A DNA stretch of 63,839 nucleotides, counting the filler, from Octopus bimaculoides (taxonomy: Eukaryota): assembly GCF_001194135.2 (NCBI RefSeq). It is 5 parts of 5 records of this genome, joined end to end, with 100 filler letters (N's around TTAATTAATTAA, not from the genome) between each part and the next. Parts side by side here need not be neighbours in the genome. Positions count along the whole stretch, not along the records: positions 31,885 to 54,491 come from NC_069003.1; positions 54,592 to 62,120 come from NW_026345656.1; positions 62,221 to 63,839 come from NC_068985.1; 2 more parts are not named here. One strand, given 5' to 3'. Numbering within the stretch: the stretch's first letter is position 1; each line of letters opens with the position of its first letter. The notes under the pieces were generated by a model, which did no database searches, was not told the DNA's origin, and saw only the letters and a program-made list of their open reading frames with translations. The translations under genes were made by a program, and so were the position numbers. This document shows, piece by piece, positions 49,150 to 62,689 of the stretch.

Positions 49150-51070
49150 TGTGGTTTCAAAACCCTCCTCAATTCATAACATTGAGGCTTTTCAACTTTT
49201 TATCCATGTTCCTCCCCATCATCGCTTGTGACCACATCTCCCGCCAACACCTACGCCTCTTTTAAGCACTCATCGAGTGGCGTGTCGGCGTCGCCCGGCC
49301 ACAAGCCATATTTCTCATTAAGCCCCTCCAACTTTTGCATCACGGCCAACGTTATGACCTCCACACCTACCTGCGGAGGCCATTCGGTATCACTTCTGCA
49401 GGTCAAAGTTGCTCCCTTCTGGTGCTTTTCCAGCTCTTCCTCCACCTCTCCGCCTCTGTAGAAGACCAATATTTCCTCTTCCTCTGGGGACGGGATAGGC
49501 GCAATTCTACCCGACGATAGTTCAACGTCCGTCGGCATACCATTTTTTCCCTTTTTCTTTTTCCGGTGGGAGGGGGGTTCTCCGGTTTACCCGGGGGCTT
49601 TAATTCCCCTTCCACCTCTACATTATTTATGTGAGGTTTCGGCGGGCTACTATCACTGCCCGCCTTTCTCTTTTTCCCTCTTTCAAGTAAGGCCTCCGCC
49701 TCCTCATTTTTTTTCACCTACTAAGCAGGACTGCGTTCTTGATTAATTGACTGCTCCTGGGCCACTCTCTGGTCCTGGCGACAATCCTTCTTTATATGGC
49801 CGGGCTCCAGGCATCCGTGACACAAGGATAACAGGATACCTAGATCCAGCCATAGTCAAGTAGTCTGGAAAAACCAGACTGTCAGCGGCTGACTGAGTCC
49901 ACAGAGTCAACAGGGCTTTAGCCCCTAACAATTTGGTGTTCTTACTGCTACCAAGTCCCCGTCGGACAGTTTCTGTTATCCATTCGGGCTTAACCGCTGG
50001 CGGCAACCCACACACCCACGCACGCTTGCATTTTCTCCCACAATATGAGGGGAGAAACAGAATTCTTTCCCCTTCCAGGGGCTGACTGGCGAACTTCCAT
50101 GCCATCTCCGGGGTCTCGAACAGCAACCATACAGTTGCATATTTGGGACTCCTGGCAATATGCCTTATCATCGGCATATATTCCACCAGCTCTTCTTCTA
50201 TCTCTGGTCTGGAAAAGGGAACAATGGTGTCCAAGGATCTTGAATAAGTCCTCAGAACCACTGTCCTCTCTTCCAAATCTTTCACCCATTCTTTGGGTGG
50301 GTTGATCTCCCACTCCAAAGTAATGTTATTGTTATTTTTTCTTTCCATGTTCACAGTTAACTGTAGAAGAAAAATTAAAACAGGAAAGCAAAAAGTAAGA
50401 AAAAAGGAGAAAAGGTAAAAAACAGTTTTAAAAAATGCACTGTTAAATGTCCACTGTCCTCTGGCCTATTCGAACTCCTGGCAAGTCCTGGGTAATCCGA
50501 TATAGGTAATCCACAATATCCAAATAATTTTTCCACATAATCTGATGTTCACTGTATAATTAACAGCAATCAGTACTTGAATGTCCATTTACAAAAGTCT
50601 TCAATAAAATATTTTCGTTAGAAAAAATTCCTGCGTTGCGGGATACGCCCCCCACCCGCTAGGAACTTTTCAACAAAACCAACGCAACAAAAAGCAAACA
50701 AAATTGCCCCGAGAAATAATAATAAAATACAAGCACCCTTGCTATGCCCCAGAAACAAAATTCTCCTACCTTCAGCCTACGTTGCTAATATCTTTTCGTA
50801 GACTTAATCCACAACAGAGCTATTCTTAGCTGCATTGTCATTACAAAAAAATACACAGTTAAAATGTCCACTGTCCTCTGGCCTATTCGAACTCCTGGTC
50901 AGGCCTGGGTAATCCGATATAGATAATCCACGATATCCAAATAATTTTATCCACAAAATCTGGTGTTCGCCGTATAATTAACAGCAATCAGTACTTGAAT
51001 GTCCATAAACAGGAACAAAAATCCATTTACGAAAGTCTTCAGTAAAAAAATTCTCATTAGAAAAAATTCT
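49150..51070 (-). mobile_element. L1/Tx1-clade LINE 5' portion (duplicated 5'UTR, ORF1, start of ORF2)
   Basis: ORF 49743-50354 is homologous to the ORF1 fragment at about 36750; KSLNV (APE start) near 49190; UTR units at 50445-50629 and 50862-51069. Confidence 0.82.
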
Positions 51071-51213
51071 TAATTAATATGATGTACGATGGAAAGTTAA
51101 GACAAAGGATTTATTTCTAAAATCCTGGAAACTGATAGAAAACTCCCAGAAAGACAGTCAAAAGCCTTGTATTTTCCATCCTTGTGTATTCTTATACATG
51201 ATATACAAATATA

Positions 51214-51319
<106 letters not shown>

Positions 51320-51625
51320 CGGCTAATTATCGTGTTAGAAATGAACAATTATGAAAGCTCCTCCATCAAAAGAGCCGACTAATTAGCCGTGATCTGATTG
51401 GTTGTTATACAAAATATCGTAGACAATGTCACATTTCGATTGGAGTGGCTGTCGCCGAGTTCCCGATTGAGTTGTAATGTACTGTGAGGTGATGACGATG
51501 ACGATGACCATGATCATGATCCCGATAATGATAACGACAACGGCGGCGGCGATGATGGTGATGATGATAATGATGTTGATGACGATGACGACGACAACGA
51601 AGACAATAACGGTGACAGTGGCAAC

Positions 51626-51657
<32 letters not shown>

Positions 51658-51784
51658 CTTTGATTGCTTTTTACAAGCGATAAATATGTTGATAATAGAA
51701 TCGTTAGAGAGTCGGGAAAAGCAAATGCCTCTCGATTTTTATCTGGCAGAATCAACCGTGCCTTTTATCATTTCAGGCTCGATA

Positions 51785-51843
<59 letters not shown>

Positions 51844-52289
51844 TAGACTGTAACAGTGCATCGCTACATCCACCATTTTCAGAAGAGGCTGATAAAAAAG
51901 CCAAATTCGCCATTTTCGTTTCGATTTTCGCATCTATCCTCACCTCGGATCATGAATGTTGGGCAATGACCAAAAGTGTATGATCGCAAATACAACCCTC
52001 CAACCCATGGGTCTGTTTTGGTAGTTGTTGCTGGTGAGGGTTTTACGAGGTTCCAGCGCAAATCCTACCTCAACCTTTTTTTAGTCACCTTTTACGACAC
52101 GCAGAGCAAACGTTGGATCTGTTCTTTGACATGCCGGTCCCCACACAGCATGTGAAATACACTACCAGAAAATAACCTAACTGAAGAAAATATATTCTTG
52201 AATATAATAATTTAAGACCAGATGTAGTAAAAGAAAAATAGAATGCATTGTGAAAGAACTAAAGAAAATGAAAACGACAAAATTATTGC

Positions 52290-52800
52290 ATTGAGGGCTT
52301 AAATCAGAAGAGGTTGGTAAAAAAACCAAACTCGCTATTTTCGTTTCAATTTTCGTGTCTATACTCACCTACGGTCATGAATGCTGGGTAATGACCAAAA
52401 GAGTATGATCGCATATACAAGCGGGTTTCCTCAAAGGATTTCTGGAGAATTTGTTACTTGACAGGGTACGTAGCCCGGAGATCAAGGAGCCGTTACATGT
52501 TTGCATTGAGAGATCACAGTTTTTATGTTTTTGTATCACCACAACATCTGATTAGAATATCGCAGGAAAAGATCTCAAGACGAATTCTCCAAGCCGATCC
52601 AACTGGCAGGAGACTCAGAGGTAGACCAAGAACAAGATAGTTGGATAATATCCATAGTCTCAGTTGATAATGGTTGCTTCTGATGGAACCCTATGGAGGA
52701 GATGCTTGAGGACTACGCACACAATTCTCCCAGGAATTGCGAGTGGAAAAAATGGATGGAATGAGGATTTAATTACAAGACTGAGCTAAGACGTGCAGAA
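52290..52800 (+). mobile_element. RTE LINE 3' fragment (with a 100-bp second copy at 51895-51998)
   Basis: KTKLAIFVSIFVSILTYGHECWVMTKR...IERSQ...PTGRRLRGRPRTR. Confidence 0.8.
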
Positions 52801-53199
52801 ATAAAGTAAGCAAAATTAGAGGTTACTACATCAACAGAATATTGACCAACTGGCCAATATAAACTGGACCAAAGCAAAAACGAAAATAAAGGTAAACAAA
52901 TTTTTCAATCAGTTCAAATATTTGGGACATATTTGACCTGTAAAAATGCCATATTAACTGCGTGTTTGCCATGGAGAAAAATTCTTGCTTTAAGTAAAAG
53001 GTGTAAAACACCAAAGCCGTTTCGGAGCGCCCTCTATGGACTAATATATGCATTTCGAACTCTTTATGCTCTCACCAGTATTAGTTACCAAGTAAGTCAA
53101 CTCAGAAATGACGGGAAATTTTCTGTTCCTTATAAGAAACATAAATAAAAGAGAATATGAAGAATATTTGTTTTGTTTTGTTGATTTGTTAATGATAAA

Positions 53200-53420
53200 G
53201 ATCAACAGCTGAAAGAAAGATAGATAAGGATTTGTGCGAGACCATGGATGATTAGACACACCTGGAGGAAAGACGAAGTACGGAAATACGAGTAGGTCGG
53301 GTGCATGGCCGAATGGTAGAGGTTCGAGACCAACCAACTTCAAAAAACAGGGGTCATTGCAAGAATAGTCAAACACTGGAGCTGATTTAACCGAACGCTG
53401 TACTTTCTCTAAAACGTCTA
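53200..53420 (-). mobile_element. CR1/L2-like LINE 3' fragment
   Basis: DVLEKVQR...LEPL...HP.SRT.PYLSFF pattern. Confidence 0.55.
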
Positions 53421-54059
53421 AGATTTTGACCATCATGTAATTCATCAAGATCATCATCATCGCCATCGTCGTCGTAGTGGTCATCGTTGTCGTAGTGATC
53501 ATTGTCATCACCACTACCACCACTACCACCACCACCAACAACAACAACAACAACAACACCATCACTACTACCAGCAGCATTATCGTCGTCGTCATCATCT
53601 TCGTCATTATCATAATTGAGGTGTTTTGTAACAGAGTGTCGTAAGCGCCACCTTGGCCATTTTCTTTGTCTTGACGTCTAGAATCCGGAAAAGTTGGGAG
53701 GAAGAAGCGGTGAGGCTTACAATAAGGTCAAAAATCCGGCTGAAAAAAATTGTACTTCGATTCTATTGACATAACACTTGCTCACCCTATCTCGGACCAG
53801 AGAGTTTAGTAACACACTATCGTAAGCGCACACGCTCAATCAATAACTTTGGTGTGGTCCTGTATCGGTTTTTGAGGTGTTATGGTTCATTTTCTAATAT
53901 TCCTCGTTGCCATAGTAACGATAATGGGCTATTATCTTACTATCTTTTCTTACCTCTTAAAGATTCTTACCTTGGTATATTAAAATACAAACAATACCTT
54001 TGGAGGTCTCTGTATGTTTTTTCTATGCATTAAGGCTAAAATATGCAATGCGATACACA

Positions 54060-54376
54060 GTTTTGGTCTTAAAATGACGGTGAAAACCTCCTCTAATCAT
54101 TCCACCTATGTAAAGCTATTTACTTATGTATGCATCTGAAAGATGAAACAATGACTGCGTCTTTCTCATTTTGTAGAATATTCCGGCACTTAGATGAAAC
54201 AATGACTGCGTCTTTCTCATTTTGTAGAATATTCCGGCACTACGAAGTGCCGGAATATTCTACAAAATGAGAAAGACGCAGTCATTGTTTCATCTTTCAG
54301 ATGCATACATAAGTAAATAGCTTTACATAGGTGGAATGATTAGAGGAGGTTTTCACCGTCATTTTAAGACCAAAAC
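54060..54376. repeat. Perfect palindrome with an internal 50-bp tandem duplication, near a gap
   Basis: 54141-54190 repeats at 54192-54241; spacer acga; the inverted copy runs to 54376. Confidence 0.92.
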
Positions 54377-56869
54377 CAGCTTTCTGACTTCGTTCCTTGC
54401 CAAGATAGCACATTCGGAAAGTCACGAAACTCTGATTGCGTTTTTCTCGGTTTTCAAGTTGCGACGCTTACGACGGTCTGTTACTAAAAGCNNNNNNNNN
54501 NNNNNNNNNNNNNNNNNNNNNNNNNNNNNNNNNNNTTAATTAATTAANNNNNNNNNNNNNNNNNNNNNNNNNNNNNNNNNNNNNNNNNNNNTATATAATA
54601 TACATGTTATTATAATGGATGATTATTGAATGGTTATTATTATATTTTAAAAATAATTTTTCTACCTTTATATAATTCATTTAGTACTTATTGTTGGTTG
54701 AGATATATATATCTAATTATTGTCCTACTTACGATCTGACGAGATTCTATATTTTTGAATAGAATTTATTTTCGATAATTTCAATTGATTTTAATCGATT
54801 TAAATTTCTTTTCTATTTGAAAATTAGTTATGAAACACGTGTAATTTTTTTATTATATTTATCTTATGATATTTACTTTACTTTATATTATACTCATTTA
54901 TTGTGCTTTTAATTATTAATTTTTCTATATGTGATAGTGGATTTTCATCGATGAGTTCTTGAAAATTGGTTATTTCTCTAAAACTATATATCGGCAAATA
55001 TAAGAAATTGTCAGTATTATTACTCCTAGTAATATTATTATTGTTTGTAGTAGTAGTAACTCTGGTGTTTCTGTTGGTATCAACGTTGTTTTTGTCATTA
55101 GTTTTGCTCTATCTCGCTTACCGCCAATTTACTGTCGTAGTGAACATAATGATAATCTTTTCCTTTTCGCTCACAAGGACTGAAATTTTTGCTAGGAGGG
55201 GGCCAGGTTGATTACTTGGACCTTTAGTGTTTTATGTTCAAATCAAAGTAAGGTCAGATTTCCTTTTTGTTCTTCCGGGGTCGACGACATAATCGGTTGT
55301 TCCCTTCCACCGTCCCCCATCAAATCTGAGATCTGCTTACGATATAGATTATTATTATTATTAAAGAAATAAACGTCGTTGTCTTCTTAGAAATAATTAT
55401 TATCATTAGAAGCTACTATTATTGTTGTTGTATCTGTGTAATCGATAATAAAACAAGTTGGAGGGTTTCGCTTTCAACTTTATTTTATTTGAAAAGAGGA
55501 ACTTACCCCGAGATATTACAGGTTTATTATATGAAGCACGTAAAGTAATACAATATCTTTCTCTCATTCATATCCCTTTTTCATTGTTTCGATTAATCCC
55601 CCCTCCTGCATTACTCGAAAGTTTTTGCAAACATTTATCTCAATGATAGCGTTTTACACGGATTGCGCACCCATAATAGGAGAACTAACTTTAGGAAAAT
55701 AAAAAAAGGCTCTCTAGACAATTCTTCGACTTTCCAAGCACACTAATTTAAGTATTCCTAGCTATTCTATAACCTGGATTACTTTTGTTGTCTATTCCAT
55801 ATTTTGTCGTTAATAATAATGGCGTAGTACCCGTCAAAAACGATGGGGTTTGATTAACCTTTCAATAATTATAATTATGATCTTTCTGCTCAAGCCTTGC
55901 TCCATTTTCTTGCCTTTTTGTTTTCCCTGCTCATATGACTACTAATTATCATGCTTACTGGTTGACTGATGAATATTTTTCTCTGTCTCTTACTTTCCCT
56001 GCCACTCTGTCAGTTTTTTGTCTATCCATTTATCTACTCCACCATCGCTTTCTGACAGTCTCTTTCCTATCTATTTGTATAATCCACCCCTATGTAACTC
56101 TCTCTCTCTCTCAGCACAGTTATAACCATAGCATTCTCCTTTCACCAATAAACAAAAGAAAAAAAACACGACTTGGCCTTTTATATATATATATATAGAA
56201 AATTATAGCTATTTTAAATAATACTGATTTATAATTAACCAAATAACAATGATGGTTTCTGATTTAAGCATAGGGCCAGCAGTTTTGAGGGGAAGGAATA
56301 AGACGATCCATCGACCCAAGTTCTTGACTGGTACTTTATTTTGTCAACCCCGAAACGGTTAAAACAGTAAAGTTGACCTCGATGGGATTTTTGAATAATA
56401 CCGCAAAGAACTGAGATAAATACCACAAGGTATTTCATAACTTTAGTTACAATGACTTTAGTGGGTTTCAACGCAGTTTTTTTTTTCTCCATCTGAGTTC
56501 ACTCACAAAACTCTGGTGCACCTGAGGATTTGGTTAATGGTGCCGAACGGAATCGAACTCATTCCTGTGTGATTAACAAAGGCAAGCATTCTAACCACTC
56601 AACCATGTTGCATTCACAGTCGGCCTAAAATAGTTACAATACCATATAATATTTGAGGGCGGGCATAGTTGATTTTATCAAACTCCCCCAGATAATCGCT
56701 GGTATGTATTTAAAAAGACTGCCTGCATATATGAAATAATGATAATAATAGTAACTTCTGTTATTGGTGCAATAACTAAAATTTGGCAGAAGAGTCAATG
56801 ACGTCGACCCCAGTACACAACTGGTACTTACTTTATCAACCCTGAAAAGGCAATGCCGACCGCGGCGGA

Positions 56870-57060
56870 ATTTGATCCAGCGGCACTTTCCCGCTCTACT
56901 CTTACATGCCTCGCTGTTTGACCAAGCTGTACTGTCACGTGCCTCGCTGTTTGACCCAGTGGCACTTGCTCGCTCAACTCTCACGCGTCTCACCGTTTGA
57001 TCCAGCGACACTTTCACGCTCTACTCTCCAGTGTCTCACCGTTTGACCCAGCGGCACTCT
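56870..57060. repeat. Minisatellite of about 46 bp (about 4.5 diverged units) attached to a SINE family B fragment
   Basis: tttga(t/c)ccagcggcactttc.cgctctactct units. Confidence 0.8.
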
Positions 57061-57099
57061 GTATATGACAACTGGAAGAAGTGATAGAAAAAGGAGTGC

Positions 57100-57430
57100 C
57101 ATTACTTGGCTGGCACCCATTTCCAGCTGAGCAGAACGTAAAGACGGACGAAATGTGGCTACGCATTTTGTCCGACGCTCTAACGATTCTGCCAGCTCAC
57201 CGCTTTAATAATAATCGTTTCTGTTATAGACCCAAGGCTGAAATTTGAGACAGGGGGTAAGTCGATTACACGACCCCAGTGCGTAACTGGTACTTATTTA
57301 TTTCATCGACCCCGAAAGGATGAAAGGCAAAGTCGACCTCGGCGGAATTTGAACTCAGAACGTAAAACGAGAAGAAACGCCGTCAGACATTTTGTCCAGC
57401 GTGCTAACGATTCTGCCAGCTCTCCACCTT
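57100..57430 (-). mobile_element. Two SINE family B copies
   Basis: attctgccagctc at about 57190 and 57415; gtcgacctcggcggaatttgaactcag. Confidence 0.85.
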
Positions 57431-57920
57431 AATAATTTTTATTATTAATTCATTTATTGGCCACTAGGGCCGGGAGAGGGCTAATCTTATAACTTATTTA
57501 CTTGGGAAGGGCAACATTAATTTTCATGAAATATAATCACTTATTTCACAGTGAATTTGTGAAAAGATGTGTGACTATGGCAAAAAAAAATGGTTAGAGT
57601 GATTGGCCTTACTCTAAGTATATGCCTGTAGATTGGAGAGCAGGAGAGAGGGCTTGTGCATTTGGTGGTCAGGGTAACTCTGGATCTGTCGGGTCCCTTG
57701 AACTATCTTAGATGGAGTTTCTTCTCTACTGGGAGGACTACATCACTCACCTTATCTTATAATTTGTATTCCGTGTTATTCCCCTCTCTTCCTCTCCATC
57801 TTTTATGCAAATCCCCGCACAAATTGTTGTCCTTTCTTGTGATTTCCCCCTCAGCTATGCCCCTGTAGCTAATAAAAGAAATTACTACCGACATAATCAT
57901 TACTATTATTATCAAATATA

Positions 57921-58125
57921 AGGCGAGAAGCTGGCGCGAGGAAAAGAAAGTGTTCAGCGGCATTTCGTCCGACTTTACGTTCTGAGTTCAAATTCCGCTG
58001 GGGTCGACTTCGCCTTTCATCCATTAGGGGTCGATAAATTAAGTATCAGTCGAGCACACTGGATTCGCTGTAATCCACTATCCTGCTCCCTCCCCCAAAT
58101 CTCAGGCCTCGTGTTTATAGTAGAA
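57921..58125 (+). mobile_element. SINE family B
   Basis: ggcgagaagctggc...gttcaaattccgctggggtcgacttcgcc. Confidence 0.85.
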
Positions 58126-58624
58126 AGGATTATTATTGTTGCGGTGGTGGGTTAGATTTGCGACTCCCACCCTGGGGGCATAATGATTTTCTTACAACAT
58201 AATGCTGTTAGCTCTGAGAGACAAACAGCTGGGTGAGGCCAAAGCACACCACTTTTTAAAAAAATATTATTATCATTATTATTACAGAATCCTTCCTGCA
58301 TTGTTCTCGTCCAACCAACGTCTCAAGCCATCATAGCTAATAAAAGAAACCATTATTATTATTATTATTATTAATCCAAACACAGCTATTCTCATCGCCA
58401 TCATCATACTCATCCATCATAATCATCATCATCATCATCATCAGAGACTTAAACGTTGTCACGTGACCTTCCACGACGTTTTGTTACGTAAACGTAATTT
58501 TCATATTTTATTTCTTTTTTTTTGTGGTTAATCTTTATTCTTTTTTTTTTTTTTTGCAATGCTAATGTCATGTTAATGGCATGTTAATATTATGTCAAAA
58601 AATTACGTCAAAACATACATACAT

Positions 58625-58684
<60 letters not shown>

Positions 58685-59824
58685 TTATTATTACGCTGCA
58701 GTGTTATATTAAGTAATATATATTGTTGTTGTTGTTGTTGTTATCAGTGTTTCTGTTATTGTTTTTATTATTCAATTGTTTTCTTTTAATTGTCAATTAT
58801 TTTGGAGCTTGCATTAGTTCTTTGTTTCCTAACTATGCCTTTTGCTACCCTGCGTCACTCTCTCTCTCTGACCAACCATCCCCTGCAACCAAAAGAATTC
58901 CTGAAGAGCCAGCCTCTACCGTCTCTGAAAACCAAATCCTCATCCGTCATATATATATATATATATATATATACATGCACACACATATATATACACACTA
59001 CCCATATAGAGAAACCTGTATATATATGTGTGTGTATGTATATATAGACAGAGAAACAGGAATATACTTCTAAGTATATATAGATGTAAGTGTATATGTG
59101 TGTGAATATATATATATATATATATATACATGTGTATATAGTGGAAATACAGAGAGCACTGTCATTTGGCGGAATCGAAACCCTGACCAAAGGCTTGATA
59201 GTAATTGCTTAGAAGTTTTGTTTGGTTTGTTTCTGTTTTGTTGTTGTCCTCATAAGTGCCACTTTCACGTGACCTCTCCTCATCTCACGCTCGTTATTTT
59301 TTTTACATATTGTGCATTTAATTAATGTTTTGTTGCTCTTGTTCCTGTGCATTATCATTTCGTTCATGTTTTTTGAAATATATCTCGTATTATGTTGCAT
59401 TATGTTGTGTTACGCAACTCTCAGTATAAAATGTTGTTTGTTGTAACTTCGTTAGTGTGTCGTTGGATATTCATTTCGTTTCAAACGGTTGCAGTGGAAG
59501 CAGTAGTGTCAATGGTAATAATAATAATAGTTGTTGTCGTTCTTGTTGTTTAATTCTCGTTATTACCTCTGTTTTTGTTGATGTCAGTGTTACACAAAGT
59601 TCCTTCATTTCCTGCGTATCTCAGTTTTCTTCATTTATTATCATTACCATCATCATACTTAATTATTTTGAAGTGGAGGAAAAACGGAGAGGGAGTCATG
59701 GGAGAAAAAATTGTGTATATGGCGGTGGAGAGAATGGTGGGGAGGAATTTGGAGAGTTAGGGAGACAATGAGGGCAGCGGGGGTGGTGGGGACAAATGAA
59801 TCTTGTATTTCGCCGTTCACTGTA

Positions 59825-59926
59825 GGCGTGGCCAGTATTGTGACGTCATGGAAGTCATGTGATGCGTGCTCATATCTTGTGGACCTCCACCCGGCACCTG
59901 TATTGGTACCGATACTCCTGGTGAGA
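59825..59926 (+). promoter_or_regulatory. Possible promoter-like motif cluster (GC box, perfect CRE TGACGTCA, reverse CCAAT, donor-like ctg|gtgaga)
   Basis: Motifs at 59825, 59841, 59902 and 59921; motif presence only. Confidence 0.2.
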
Positions 59927-60331
59927 TAAGACCTGGGAGAGAATAAAAATACGAGAGTAAAAAACGAGAGTAAAACGAGAGTTAGTGAGAGCGTCTCAGT
60001 GAATGCTTGCAATGTGTGGAGTGTGTGACAGACAGACAGACAGACAGGAAAAAAGTAGATGAATAAAGAGAGATGGAGGGTAAGAAGAGGAATGGATTAA
60101 AAGTTATAGTCACAAGAATTAAAAGACACAGAGGACGGGTAACAGAGAAGAATGAAGAATTGCGAGTGTGTATGAGAGGATGTTGCGAAGTGACATAGAC
60201 ATTCATTCATATGTATATAATAATTTTTAAAGAAGAATATTATTGACAGTAACTTCGAAGTTTCGGCCCGTTCATCCGTTGAGGACTGTCGATAATATTC
60301 TTTTAGATTAACACATCAGATTAAAAGATAA

Positions 60332-60390
<59 letters not shown>

Positions 60391-60618
60391 TCCTTGTAGC
60401 TAACCATTCATATATGCATACATATACGCATATATGTATGCCACCATGCATCAATATATATTCATGCATGTAGATGTATGTTTGTATGTACATGAATATG
60501 TATGTATATATATATATGCATATGTATGTATATATGCATATGTATGTATATGTGCATATATATGTATGTATCTGTATGTATATATATGTGCATATATATG
60601 TGTATGTATATATGTATG

Positions 60619-60651
<33 letters not shown>

Positions 60652-61569
60652 GTATATGTACAATATTGATGCATACATAGGATACACATATACATGTCTA
60701 TCCATATACATACACACACTTCCAAATACACTTTACGCTTGCGTACACACATTCAGAAATACACGCATATCCATACATATATATATAGATACATTACTTA
60801 CATACATGCATACACATCAATGCATTCACTTGTACAAAGGCATACGTACACACATAACCATATTTGATGCATCTACATGAAATATAGAAATCCACCGCCA
60901 GCCATTGAGTGCCAATTACCTGTCGAAGCTCCGTTAGTGGAGTGCGACGTCATGTGAGATTGCATCCCTGCAGCTGGATTGCAAGAAGACCGCGAATAGT
61001 TACTTAACGTGAGGGGGTCGTAACTTCTGGCCGTTCCTGATACATAATCTGTAAGATATAATAATGAAATTCCAACGGTAAACAGCGTGGTGGATGAAGA
61101 GCACAAAAAGGTAAAAAAAGAGGATTTGTCTTGAGGACTTCATGCAAAGCAGATATACAGCAAAACAAATATATATATATATACATATATATAAATGGAA
61201 ATAGCGTGTGGTTGACAATTTCTGAAAATTGGACTGACACACACAGACTTTGAAGATGGAAATGCTAGCTACTAAAATCCTCTCCTAAAGATCTACCTTA
61301 TTTTTTAAACTCCTCCCTGAAGAAAAAGTAGTTTTCTAAAACATGTAAGGCTTATCTTCGTCTGCTGAAAATATGCATTCGTTTCTGTTAACGAAACAGC
61401 TGTAAGAAAATATATGCGCACATTCTTACTTTATTATTTCTATGATACACGCTGTTCTAACAACTCAATTGTAGCAGGTTTATAATTATGTAATTATGTC
61501 TAAGCAGAAAGATTCTAAGCTGTAAACTATTATAAATTCTTTATCTATTCATGTTTTCTTTCTATTGTA

Positions 61570-61749
61570 CACCCAGAACCCCCTCTAATTGCTCAGGTGT
61601 GAAATTTAAGATTTCTCGGTTTTCTGGGAATCGATTCTGATAAAAAATTTCACATCTGGTTTGCACACTATGGCAACACCATTGTTATGTTTTCCTTATT
61701 CTGTTGTTTGTTTGTTTTTTTCACTCCTGATCTATTGGTGTGGTTCTGG

Positions 61750-61752
<3 letters not shown>
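61570..61752. mobile_element. Tc1/mariner-type MITE (183 bp)
   Basis: TA-cacccagaacc...ggttctgggtg-TA, with an internal hairpin caggtgtgaaatt/aatttcacatctg. Confidence 0.65.
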
Positions 61753-61788
<36 letters not shown>

Positions 61789-61850
61789 CCAAAAAAGCAA
61801 CAAGAATTTAAAAGGTTATTGCAGTACGCACGTTTCATGCTACTCCATTA

Positions 61851-61888
<38 letters not shown>

Positions 61889-62689
61889 ATTTGCGTGTTA
61901 CGTGCCTACGTCTGTTCTACATTGCAGCTATTTCTTTCACAAAACGCAGAGACCCAAGAACCATATTCACTCACGATTCGCACTTTCATTTCAAATACAG
62001 TATATATTTAAATTTCGGTAATTTACGCTTTAAATGGTTCTATTAGACACGGATTTAAATAATTAACGAACACATAAATATTAACTGGAAATATACTTAA
62101 GTAAATAAATAGATGTTAAANNNNNNNNNNNNNNNNNNNNNNNNNNNNNNNNNNNNNNNNNNNNTTAATTAATTAANNNNNNNNNNNNNNNNNNNNNNNN
62201 NNNNNNNNNNNNNNNNNNNNATACATATATGCATACATACACACATACATACATGCATACATACATATATGCATACATACATACATACATACATGCATAC
62301 ATACGTGTATGTATGTCATTCAGTTTTCAAGATTTTTTTGTCAATAAAGAGCTGGTTTCTAACCTAGATCCAAAGCTTCTTCATTGGAATTTCAACATCA
62401 AGAACATGGTATTTTTGATTGGATGCATGTATGTATGTATATATGCATGTATGTATGTACGTATGTATGTATGTATGCATGTACGTATGCATGTATGCAT
62501 GTATGTATTGTATGTATGTATATGTGCAGATTTGTATGTTTTGCTTTATGTATGTCTTCTCATGCATATAGTTACATATCTAAACATACTCATATGTATC
62601 TAAATACTCTTTTACTCTTTTACTTGTTTCAGTCATTTGACTGTGGCTATGCTGTAGCACCGTCTTGATAAACTTCTGAAAAGTTTTAC

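Noticed and set aside
53200-53420. Host-like peptide in the 190-aa ORF
   Set aside because: Matches a CR1/L2 LINE C-terminal pattern; the ORF start is a trinucleotide repeat.
54730-54850. ctgacga plus hairpin, and a separate gaaacacgtgta palindrome
   Set aside because: The core halves are not juxtaposed; GAAA is missing after the hairpin.
60245-60290. Hammerhead-like motif on the minus strand (gacagt/actgtc stem, GAA-ACTTCGAAGT palindrome)
   Set aside because: No CUGANGA adjacent to helix I and no credible helix II.
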